Below, piece by piece: positions 41,386-48,524 of a stretch of 64,000 nucleotides of DNA. Made by a program: the position numbers and the translations under genes. The notes under the pieces are model-generated. The model was not told where the DNA came from. It searched no databases and was given only the letters and a program-made list of their open reading frames with translations. This DNA is from a virus (taxonomy: Duplodnaviria > Caudoviricetes): positions 32,001 through 96,000 of the IMG/VR virus record IMGVR_UViG_3300026549_000038. One strand, written 5' to 3'. Every line of letters starts with the position of its first letter. Within the stretch, counting starts at the first letter, position 1.

Positions 41386-41967
41386 TTATTTCATTAGTTC
41401 GTATTGTTCTTCCCAGAGTTTTTTGAGAGAGCTCCCACGGAAAAAATCGAGGATCAGTTCGTCTTCTGCAAATTCATCGAGCAAAAAATCAATCATTTTT
41501 ATTGTGGCCGGGTGGATCTTCGGATGGTCGTTTTGAATCTTTTTCCTAAACCATTCCTTCTCGTGCTTCAGGATAGAATCTTTTCCTACTCCGTTGTTGT
41601 ATGCTCTTCCTGCACCGAGATAATCTGCAATCAACTCCAGCAAGTCTTTCCAAGGCATCTTTATAGGGGTTCCACCCTGGTCGAGATTGTCCACCCAATA
41701 CTCATAGTGATGCCTATTTCTTCCTTTGTGATGCTGCCAGGCCAAAGAATATCCTTTGTCTGCCTTGCACTTAACTATAGGAGAAGTCTTTCCATCCCAG
41801 TATCTCACGCTCTCCCAGAACTCCACTGGAGAGAACTTGCTCAAGTCGTGCGTGAGCCCTCTCCAGGTAATTCCAAGCTTGCGGCAGTAGACTAGAACCC
41901 AGTACTTGTGTACCAGGACAGTCTTAAGGTGACCGAAGAATTTACGAATAGTTATTCTTGTATCCAT
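41386..41967 (-). CDS. DUF5662-like HD-fold protein
   Basis: HDLSKFSPVEF, AWQHHKGRNRHHYEYW, ELIADY.GA motifs. Confidence 0.8.
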   Translation of the reverse strand: MDTRITIRKFFGHLKTVLVHKYWVLVYCRKLGITWRGLTHDLSKFSPVEFWESVRYWDGKTSPIVKCKADKGYSLAWQHHKGRNRHHYEYWVDNLDQGGTPIKMPWKDLLELIADYLGAGRAYNNGVGKDSILKHEKEWFRKKIQNDHPKIHPATIKMIDFLLDEFAEDELILDFFRGSSLKKLWEEQYELMK

Positions 41968-41989
41968 AAGTGCTATTTATGTTGATTAA

Positions 41990-42859
41990 TTATGCTGCAA
42001 CCGGTACGTACTTTTCGATTTTATGCCAGAGGCTTGTGTTCAGCGCGAGGTCTTTCTCGATTGAGCTTACTCGACGTGCCTTTCTAAAACGACCCTTTTT
42101 CGTCTGATACATATAACCACCGTTTATCATCTTTTCCTGGCAGACGTTAAACAGACCCCAGAGATTATCGGCGTTGTCCTCCTTTCTGAGAGGAGCAAGG
42201 ATACTATCTACAGTAGATGTATCAATCTGGACCTTTTCTGTAGATGGGATATTGTTTCTAAGTCTGAAAACTTCTTCAGCCATATCTTTACGTACTGAAT
42301 CTGTGGTTTTAGTTACCATCATCACGTTCATCTTCTGCGCCATGGACGGAACATGTTTGATAACATCGGCAACAATACCTCTCAGCGTCTCGAAGTCATA
42401 GTTGATGTGTCTCACGCTGAAATTGGCCATTTCGTTTGTAGCAATCACAAGTCCGTTGCTGCATACCAGTCGGAACAAGCCTACCATAAACTTAAACGAA
42501 TGGGCTCCGTCGTGAGAATTAGTCAGGATAATCCTCGGGTAGCAGTCCACTACCTGTCCGCCCTGTCCATCTTCCTTCATAATACGAACTCCAGGATTCT
42601 GGAAAGCAATCATATGAAAACTATATATTCCTTTTGATTTCTTTGCTCTTTTCCTGTAAGCTGCCTGAACCGGTCTCCAACCGAGTTTCTCCAGGTCTTC
42701 TACAACTGTCATCGTGTTTGCAGTGACGTACTGCTGTGACAGTGCTGGGTTCGTAGGAGATTCACAAAATGCCACTGGGCAAAGTTCTTTGAGGTCTTCA
42801 CGAGAGAGAAAATTTGTGGAAAGATTGTCGTTTCCGAAGCAAAGCATAGTGTCTTTCAT
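41990..42859 (-). CDS. DUF932/DUF945-family protein
   Basis: LTNSHDG, GLFRLVCSNGL, LWGLFNVCQE motifs. Confidence 0.85.
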   Translation of the reverse strand: MKDTMLCFGNDNLSTNFLSREDLKELCPVAFCESPTNPALSQQYVTANTMTVVEDLEKLGWRPVQAAYRKRAKKSKGIYSFHMIAFQNPGVRIMKEDGQGGQVVDCYPRIILTNSHDGAHSFKFMVGLFRLVCSNGLVIATNEMANFSVRHINYDFETLRGIVADVIKHVPSMAQKMNVMMVTKTTDSVRKDMAEEVFRLRNNIPSTEKVQIDTSTVDSILAPLRKEDNADNLWGLFNVCQEKMINGGYMYQTKKGRFRKARRVSSIEKDLALNTSLWHKIEKYVPVAA

Positions 42860-42893
42860 ATCTGTGGTGTTTTACTATTATTAAACTTACAGA

Positions 42894-42923
42894 TATATAT
42901 AACAAAAAAGGAAAAATATTTAG
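42894..42923 (-). promoter_or_regulatory. Phage promoter motif
   Basis: CTAAAT-N12-TTGTTATATATA upstream of the DUF932 gene. Confidence 0.7.
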
Positions 42924-42953
42924 TGGATTTTTAAATTGAATTGTTAACTTTTG

Positions 42954-43073
42954 TGACCCAGGCGGGGTTCGAACCCACGACCTTTGGTCTTAGTTCAAGG
43001 CTTTACGAGGATTTCTCCGCGGACACTCCCCAACCTTTACTTGCCAACGCTCTACCGACTGAGCTACTGGATC
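42954..43073 (-). ncRNA. tRNA-like RNA with expanded (~55 nt) anticodon domain
   Basis: Canonical acceptor, D and T arms; anticodon loop replaced by a structured insert. Confidence 0.8.
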
Positions 43074-43078
43074 TCTCA

Positions 43079-43753
43079 TCAGTTAAAATAATAAATCACA
43101 CGAACCTTATCAAAATCAATCCAGCTATTTCCGCTGAACTGAGATGCTAAATTATACAATTCAGACGTTTCCTGTTCGAGTGTAACAATATCTGAAAGGT
43201 CCTCATCAAGAAGATAATCTATGTCGATTTCATCATCACATCCTTTCTTTTCTTTCATTGCCTTGTCTGTTTTCTTCAACGCAATCTTTTCAAGATGAGC
43301 AATTCTTCTTTTAATATCTTCCAACTGTTCATCGCGCACATGCTTTTTAACACTGTTTTTCCAATTATTGATTTTTTCTTTAGAAATCTTCCACATTTCA
43401 TCAATATATATGTAAGAGTATCTGCGTGAATAATCATAGTCACTTGGATATATGCCTTTGTTTTTCTCTTTCTCTGCCATCTCTTCAAGAAGTGTCTTCA
43501 GTTCTTCGCTCACATCCGATGGTAATCCATAAGGCGCGTCTTCCCTGCGCCACACAAGTTCATCGCGCCATGCAAGTCCAGTCCACAACTCGTATTTCTC
43601 TATCATCTTTTTTCCGTCGACATTCACAACCTTTTCAAAATCCCACTCGGTAGGTTCGTTTTCGACAAAAGCATAATCAGTATAATATTTAGCAAGATGC
43701 CACTTTTTTTCTTTGTCTTGAACCTCAACGAAAAAATAAATACTTGTACTCAT
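43079..43753 (-). CDS. Hypothetical protein
   Basis: MST.I.FFVE...GLPSDVS...VRVIYYF phage pattern. Confidence 0.7.
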   Translation of the reverse strand: MSTSIYFFVEVQDKEKKWHLAKYYTDYAFVENEPTEWDFEKVVNVDGKKMIEKYELWTGLAWRDELVWRREDAPYGLPSDVSEELKTLLEEMAEKEKNKGIYPSDYDYSRRYSYIYIDEMWKISKEKINNWKNSVKKHVRDEQLEDIKRRIAHLEKIALKKTDKAMKEKKGCDDEIDIDYLLDEDLSDIVTLEQETSELYNLASQFSGNSWIDFDKVRVIYYFN

Positions 43754-43778
43754 GTTATTTGATTATTGTTGATTGCTG

Positions 43779-43862
43779 CGGAGAGCGGAGGTCTCGAACC
43801 CCAACCGATAAACGATCCAACAGTTTAGCAAACTGCGCCTGCTCCTAGCAGATTCACTCTCC
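43779..43862 (-). tRNA. tRNA-Ser(GCU)
   Basis: Cloverleaf with variable arm, G73. Confidence 0.85.
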
Positions 43863-43872
43863 GTGGGCCCAT

Positions 43873-44066
43873 CCATCTTTCATGTCGTCACAGCAAACAC
43901 TCCAGGACTTCGGAGTTTTTAAACCAATGTGGCCTCTTTATGATACTTCCACCCTTATGTTGGATTCGGGATTTACCTACATATACCCACCACAAATTTT
44001 AACCATGTACCATCCACACGCATTGTTCCAATCTACATGCTTCTTCTCACATGGGTGATAAGATGG
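43873..44066 (-). ncRNA. Unclassified candidate ncRNA
   Basis: Terminal CCATCTT/AAGATGG pairing; GC-rich spacer between tRNAs. Confidence 0.4.
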
Positions 44067-44077
44067 CTAGCAAGACG

Positions 44078-44150
44078 TAGGACCGCCCGGATTCGAACCG
44101 GAGTTTTCAGAATGAAAATCTGAGAGCCTAACCAATTAGCTGACGGTCCC
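44078..44150 (-). tRNA. tRNA-Glu(UUC)
   Basis: Cloverleaf. Confidence 0.9.
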
Positions 44151-44155
44151 AAAAT

Positions 44156-44375
44156 GCAACTTTTAAAATAACCCCAGAGTTGCCAACTGTGCCGACCTAC
44201 GATTCGGAGGAAAAGTATGCTTATATGAGAAGCCTTTCCCATCTTCGTTCCCTTGTACTTCGGGCTTTCTGAACAGAACTCACTATCGTTGAGCAACGCG
44301 CCACTTTACCTATAAGTGGTAACTACGAACTTGATAACGGATTAGTCGCCTCCGTCAGATGTTTTGCTAATCTGA
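44156..44375 (-). ncRNA. Unclassified candidate ncRNA
   Basis: CGGAGG/CCTCCG long-range pair plus flanking hairpins. Confidence 0.35.
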
Positions 44376-44376
44376 G

Positions 44377-44449
44377 AGCCAGTAGAGGGACTCGAACCCC
44401 CGACCAATTCATTACAAATGAATCGCTCTACCAACTGAGCTATACTGGC
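44377..44449 (-). tRNA. tRNA-Thr(UGU)
   Basis: Cloverleaf. Confidence 0.95.
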
Positions 44450-44454
44450 AAAAA

Positions 44455-44565
44455 TGCCCTAAATTGAAATCTTGCAAGTAATTGTTAATTTTAGCAAACA
44501 TCAAAACGTGTCGAACCTTAATAACTGGCCGTACTTTCAATTAACAATCATTTCAACCGAGGGCA
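44455..44565 (-). ncRNA. Long imperfect hairpin RNA
   Basis: TGCCCT/AGGGCA, TTGAAAT/ATTTCAA, ATTGTTAATT/AATTAACAAT nested stems. Confidence 0.55.
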
Positions 44566-44900
44566 GTTGTCCTATGTTGAAATCTCCGGAGTCGGTACAT
44601 GCGCTTATGCAACTAAAACCAGGCTTCCACTGGTACAAACCGTATTTCAACTTAGACTCTCTCCATCTAGTCTCTACACACTGTCTATTATTCTATATCT
44701 GCGGTCCCCTGTTCTCAGGACTATATTCATTATTGAAGTATAGCCTTGCAGTATAGATTTTAACATTGGCTCGGTGTTAGCATAACAGCCGGATTCGAAC
44801 CGGCTCCCCACTGTTAGTTGGGGGTGTCATATATCACTATGTTTTAGCCTTCACCGAATTTAGAGAGTTCTACTTCAGGAATTTCTTCCTGAGCGCTCAG
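44566..44900 (-). ncRNA. Group I intron-like core (P2-P8) with tRNA-like insert, apparently exon-less
   Basis: CTCTCT-AAATTCGGTGAAGGC...GCTAACACCGAGCCAA...GTGTAGAGACTAGATGGAGAG signatures. Confidence 0.75.
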
Positions 44901-44907
44901 GTTTTTA

Positions 44908-44918
44908 TTTCAATGAAC
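44908..44918 (-). promoter_or_regulatory. boxA-like antitermination element
   Basis: GTTCATTGAAA; identical copy at 46783-46793 and variant at 49902-49913. Confidence 0.5.
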
Positions 44919-44948
44919 GTATAAATATATTTAACTCTCACAACTTAT

Positions 44949-45503
44949 TTAATTCTCTGGGTAGCCGCTAAGCTGGTATGCTTCGCGCAGGACCGTACGG
45001 ATATTATCCAGGCACTGTCCGAGGAGGTTCTTCCCCTGCCATTCGCTTGGCCAGTCAACTCTCGGGTCGGTGTAATGAATGCCTACACCCCAAATCTTAT
45101 CACTCGGACTTCCTTCGACGAAGTGTTTTCCTTCGAATTCTGGGTCGAGTATGAGATCTTTAAGTGCTGGATTTTGTATAAACTTTGCCATCAGGGCAAT
45201 CTCCATATATTCCTGCCTATGCTCAACCCAGTCGTCTTCTTTGAATCCCTTGACTTTTCTTCCGAGATACTTTGCATCTCTCGGGGTCTCGGCTGCACAG
45301 ATAAGACTCGCAGTCAGCTCATCGCCAAAATGAACTGCTTTAAGATACATAAACAACTGTTCAGAACTCTTAAAGACCTTGCCGTGGTATTCGACTCTAC
45401 AATTGTAAAAGTTTGACAGTCCGCTACCATAGAAAGCAACGTGTTTGTCATATATAATCAACCCGTGTCGAAGGCCAGATTCTCTTGTCTTTTCTGGTGT
45501 CAT
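44949..45503 (-). CDS. NADAR (YbiA-like) family protein
   Basis: SNFY, SEQLFMYLKA..FGD, AKFIQN, EGSPSDKIWGVG, GKNLLG motifs. Confidence 0.92.
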   Translation of the reverse strand: MTPEKTRESGLRHGLIIYDKHVAFYGSGLSNFYNCRVEYHGKVFKSSEQLFMYLKAVHFGDELTASLICAAETPRDAKYLGRKVKGFKEDDWVEHRQEYMEIALMAKFIQNPALKDLILDPEFEGKHFVEGSPSDKIWGVGIHYTDPRVDWPSEWQGKNLLGQCLDNIRTVLREAYQLSGYPEN

Positions 45504-45676
45504 AGCAAATCCATAGCTTTACATACCGCAGCATAGACCTTGCGGCAATAGGTCAAGTCTTCTTCTGAAACGTTTGCACTATCTGGAGAATAGTACAAGT
45601 GATTGTCAATGATGTTTCTGCATTCCTGTAATTTGTTGCGAACCTTCTCCAGGGCCAAAGTTGTCTGCCTTGTCAT
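45500..45676 (-). CDS. Hypothetical protein (58 aa)
   Basis: MTRQTTLALEK... coupled to the NADAR start; not in the ORF track. Confidence 0.45.
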   Translation of the reverse strand: MTRQTTLALEKVRNKLQECRNIIDNHLYYSPDSANVSEEDLTYCRKVYAAVCKAMDLL

Positions 45677-45786
45677 ATTATCTTACGATGTTAATAACTA
45701 CTAAAGCTACTATTGAAACGGCTATAAACGCCGCGTAAATGTAATCTGTCTTTGTCATAGTTGTGTGTGCTAAATCTAATTACATC

Positions 45787-45816
45787 TATATATAACAAAC
45801 TTTGGAAAATCTTTAG
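45787..45816 (-). promoter_or_regulatory. Phage promoter motif
   Basis: CTAAAG-N12-TTGTTATATATA variant. Confidence 0.65.
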
Positions 45817-45950
45817 TGATTTGGGCTGAAATTTTGCAAATTTTTAAGCGTATTTTTCGCACTTTTTACATAAGAAAACACCCTTTCTGATATCTTATAT
45901 ATCATCGAGGGAGTTCTCTTAAAATTTCGCGGTTTTTGTGCGAAATTCAT

Positions 45951-46100
45951 AAATCATCCTACCCGGTCGGCTCGTTCCATCCATGACCTCCACATCTACC
46001 CTATAGAGACAGTTGCATCTATCTTAAGGGGTCCTCTCAAGTCATTTCCAACCTACTTGATGCAAATTTTCGGTTAGCTTTCTTGAACCTCGGATGATTT
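45951..46100 (-). ncRNA. Unclassified candidate ncRNA (~150 nt)
   Basis: 9-bp closing stem AAATCATCC/GGATGATTT; inner TTGCATC/GATGCAA stem. Confidence 0.55.
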
Positions 46101-46102
46101 AT

Positions 46103-46183
46103 TGCTTCCGATAAGGGAATCGAACCCTTACACTCCATTCAACGACTTACGATTCGTTCCAATGAGGAATCCAATTCGGAAGT
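46103..46183 (-). ncRNA. tRNA-like RNA without a D stem
   Basis: CTTCCGA/TCGGAAG acceptor, TAAGGG-TTCGATT-CCCTTA T arm, linker ATTGGATTC. Confidence 0.6.
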
Positions 46184-46192
46184 TTCACTTTT

Positions 46193-46459
46193 ACGGAATA
46201 GTGAGAACCGTATAGGTGGGCAGACTCATATCGTACGCTACCCGTTATACGCAGGACTGATTTATTCACCTGAGGAAGACAGCAGGTATGAACTGCCTCC
46301 TGTTTTTTGTCAAAGTAACTTAGCGGAAGATGCGTCCATCTTGCCTCCGGCAGGCTCTTTGACTTATATTCACCCCTTTGTGGAAAACCATCGCATTGAA
46401 GAGTCGAACTCCGCTGCTTGCTGAATCGAACACGCGCCCAAGGGGACCCTACTATCCGT
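46193..46459 (-). ncRNA. Unclassified candidate ncRNA (~270 nt) with two T-loop motifs
   Basis: ACGGA(A)TAGT/ACTATCCGT closure; GTTCGATT and GTTCGACT motifs. Confidence 0.55.
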
Positions 46460-46477
46460 TCGGGATGTATCATTTTG

Positions 46478-46552
46478 TACTCCGGGTAGGATTCGAACCT
46501 ACACTGTCCAGATCCTAAGTCTGGTGCCTCCTGCCAGTTGGGCTACCGGAGC
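46478..46552 (-). tRNA. tRNA-Leu(UAG), short variable loop
   Basis: Cloverleaf, loop CTTAGGA. Confidence 0.9.
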
Positions 46553-46556
46553 AAAC

Positions 46557-46774
46557 GGTTACCACCAAAATCAACTCTCGTCATAGCCCATACGGATTAC
46601 CTGCTATGCCCTCCGCCTCACTTCCCAGAGTCTTATTGGCCTTTATCCCTCTGGTTATAGAGACTTCACCAAGTGTACAGTAGCTTTTAATTGTGCACGA
46701 TCCCGGCCTGTACGCGAACGGCGAGTATTTGCAAGGTGTCTTCACACCTGAGTGCCCTTAATCTTGGAGTAACC
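46557..46774 (-). ncRNA. Unclassified candidate ncRNA (~220 nt)
   Basis: GGTTACTCCAA/TTGGTGGTAACC closure directly after the boxA-like element. Confidence 0.55.
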
Positions 46775-46846
46775 TTATTTTATTTCAATGAACAATTAAA
46801 TATAATAAATAACTTAAAATATTTAGTGTTTTCATTAAAAATATCG

Positions 46847-46919
46847 GGTGTTCTACTGGAATCGAACCAGTGTAGCTGGATCCACAATCCAGAACCTAAA
46901 CCTCTCGGCCAAGAACACC
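46847..46919 (-). tRNA. tRNA-His(GUG)
   Basis: Cloverleaf with G-1:C73. Confidence 0.92.
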
Positions 46920-46928
46920 ATAAATTAG

Positions 46929-46999
46929 CAGAACCTGTAGGAGTCAAACCCACATCTTTCGGGTTGGAGCCGAAAATGTTATCATTACACCAAGGTCCC
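46929..46999 (-). tRNA. tRNA-Trp(CCA)
   Basis: Cloverleaf. Confidence 0.88.
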
Positions 47000-47001
47000 G
47001 G

Positions 47002-47089
47002 AGGAAGGAGTGGGATTCGAACCCACGGAAGTTTTTAGGCTCCAACGGTTTTCAAGACCGGTCCAATAATCCATCTCTGGCACCCTTCC
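47002..47089 (-). tRNA. tRNA-Ser(UGA)
   Basis: Cloverleaf with variable arm. Confidence 0.92.
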
Positions 47090-47096
47090 TTATTTG

Positions 47097-47168
47097 AGAA
47101 GACACTCGGATTCGAACCAAGATAGTGACGCTTTGCAGGCGTACCCATAACCATTCTGGCATGTCTTC
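47097..47168 (-). tRNA. tRNA-Cys(GCA)
   Basis: Cloverleaf, U73. Confidence 0.88.
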
Positions 47169-47169
47169 G

Positions 47170-47243
47170 TGCTCCCCCTAAGATTCGAACTTAGACTTGA
47201 CTGGTTTTGAATCAGTTACCTCTGCCTGTTGGGTTAGAGGAGC
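47170..47243 (-). tRNA. tRNA-Leu(CAA), short variable loop
   Basis: Cloverleaf. Confidence 0.88.
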
Positions 47244-47247
47244 TTTG

Positions 47248-47322
47248 TGGAAGTGGAGAGATTTGAACTCCCGACTTCAACTTTGTAAGAGTTGCACTCT
47301 GAACCAACTGAGTTACATTTCC
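47248..47322 (-). tRNA. tRNA-Val(UAC)
   Basis: Cloverleaf. Confidence 0.9.
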
Positions 47323-47327
47323 TTATG

Positions 47328-47399
47328 CAGGCTATGAGGGAGTCGAACCCTCACCACAAGATAGACAGTCTAGTATCCTAACCGTTGGACCAATAGCCT
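47328..47399 (-). tRNA. tRNA-Asp(GUC)
   Basis: Cloverleaf, G73. Confidence 0.88.
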
Positions 47400-47404
47400 A
47401 TATT

Positions 47405-47482
47405 TGGTGGATCCAGTGAGATTCGAACTCACAACGACCTGAATGCAAATCAGGTGCTCTAGCCAATTGGAGCTATGGACCC
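47405..47482 (-). tRNA. tRNA-Ala(UGC), CCA encoded
   Basis: Cloverleaf with G3-U70. Confidence 0.93.
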
Positions 47483-47486
47483 GGTG

Positions 47487-47560
47487 TAGACTTGCTTGGA
47501 CTCGAACCAAGGACCTCTTCGGTATCAGCGAAGCTCTCTAACCAACTGAGATACAAGTCT
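47487..47560 (-). tRNA. tRNA-Ile(GAU)
   Basis: Cloverleaf. Confidence 0.92.
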
Positions 47561-47569
47561 ATACGTTTG

Positions 47570-47641
47570 AGCGGAATGCCGGAACTGCCCCGACCTCCCC
47601 AGCATGGCAAGCTGGTATAATAACTTCTATACGAATTCCGC
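47570..47641 (-). tRNA. tRNA-Gly(GCC), atypical T loop
   Basis: GCGGAAT acceptor, U73, T loop GGCAGTT. Confidence 0.8.
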
Positions 47642-47646
47642 GTGTG

Positions 47647-47708
47647 TTGAGAAGGCTGGACTTGAACCAGTATAAGCTTCCTGCGCTGACCATTTGCGTC
47701 ACTTCTCA
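47647..47708 (-). ncRNA. tRNA-like RNA lacking an anticodon arm
   Basis: TGAGAAG/CTTCTCA acceptor, D arm, T arm; only ~11 nt between the D and T arms. Confidence 0.7.
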
Positions 47709-47716
47709 GTTTCTTG

Positions 47717-47788
47717 TTGGGATACAAGGAGTCGAACCTCAATCTTCACGTTCAGAGCGTGATATGTTGACCATTGCACCATATCCCA
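47717..47788 (-). tRNA. tRNA-Gln(CUG)
   Basis: Cloverleaf, U1-A72. Confidence 0.9.
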
Positions 47789-47793
47789 ATGTT

Positions 47794-47938
47794 AACGCTT
47801 TACCCATTATCATACGTTAGGGCTATTTCAGGCTCTACGATCTCCATCCTCCTTAACTTTGAATCAGTACTTAGATATCATTGTAGCTGATTCATTTCAA
47901 GTGACTTTACGAGATTCGCTCTTCGTAGCTAAAGCGTT
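47794..47938 (-). ncRNA. Unclassified rod-like candidate ncRNA (~145 nt)
   Basis: AACGCTTTA/TAAAGCGTT closure; inner TGAATCAG/CTGATTCA stem. Confidence 0.55.
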
Positions 47939-47940
47939 TG

Positions 47941-48015
47941 AGCAAGATATGGGAATCGAACCCACTAAGCCTTCTGGTTGGAAGCCAGACGTGCAACCAT
48001 TTACACCTATCTTGC
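47941..48015 (-). tRNA. tRNA-Gly(UCC)
   Basis: Cloverleaf. Confidence 0.9.
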
Positions 48016-48020
48016 ATTTG

Positions 48021-48092
48021 TACCCTGACTGCGACTCGAACGTAGATTAACAGTTTAGAAAACTGTGGTTCTATCCTTTGAACTATCAGGGC
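48021..48092 (-). tRNA. tRNA-Arg(UCU)
   Basis: Cloverleaf, loop TTTCTAA. Confidence 0.88.
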
Positions 48093-48096
48093 TTTG

Positions 48097-48168
48097 TACC
48101 CCAGAAAGGAATCAAACCTCTACTTCTTGGTTCGTAGCCAAACGTTCTATTCGTTAAACTACTGGGGC
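48097..48168 (-). tRNA. tRNA-Arg(ACG)
   Basis: Cloverleaf. Confidence 0.88.
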
Positions 48169-48175
48169 ATTTTTG

Positions 48176-48248
48176 TGCTCCCGCCCGAACTCGAATCGGA
48201 ACCTCCCGGGTAAGAGTCGGGATGACTAACCAATTATCCTACAGGAGC
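48176..48248 (-). tRNA. tRNA-Lys(CUU)
   Basis: Cloverleaf, loop CTCTTAC. Confidence 0.8.
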
Positions 48249-48251
48249 TTG

Positions 48252-48327
48252 TGCCTCCGGTGGGTCCCGCCCCCACGATCACACATCTTAAAAGGATGGT
48301 GCTTTAATCCAACTCAGCTACAGAGGC
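48252..48327 (-). tRNA. tRNA-Lys(UUU), atypical T loop
   Basis: Cloverleaf, T loop GGCGGGA. Confidence 0.82.
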
Positions 48328-48341
48328 TTATATTTACTCTG

Positions 48342-48414
48342 TGCGGGAGATTGGTACCGCCCCAATTCCTCTTGATTTTCAGTCAAGCGCAATGACTTCA
48401 TCTGCCACTCCCGC
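48342..48414 (-). tRNA. tRNA-Phe(GAA), atypical T loop
   Basis: Cloverleaf, T loop GGCGGTA. Confidence 0.82.
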
Positions 48415-48524
48415 GTAATACCCTGGTTCGGAACCTCGGTAACTACTCAGGAGTCACCGAGGGCCTACTTAAACCTAAATCGTTTTATGCGTCTAAATCG
48501 TCTCATTTTTAGTCATTTATCCTG

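Noticed and set aside
48021-48092. Possible amber suppressor tRNA / TAG recoding
   Set aside because: The 5-bp stem frames the loop TT-TCT-AA, so the anticodon is UCU (Arg). Long genes are intact in code 11 and several end in TAG.
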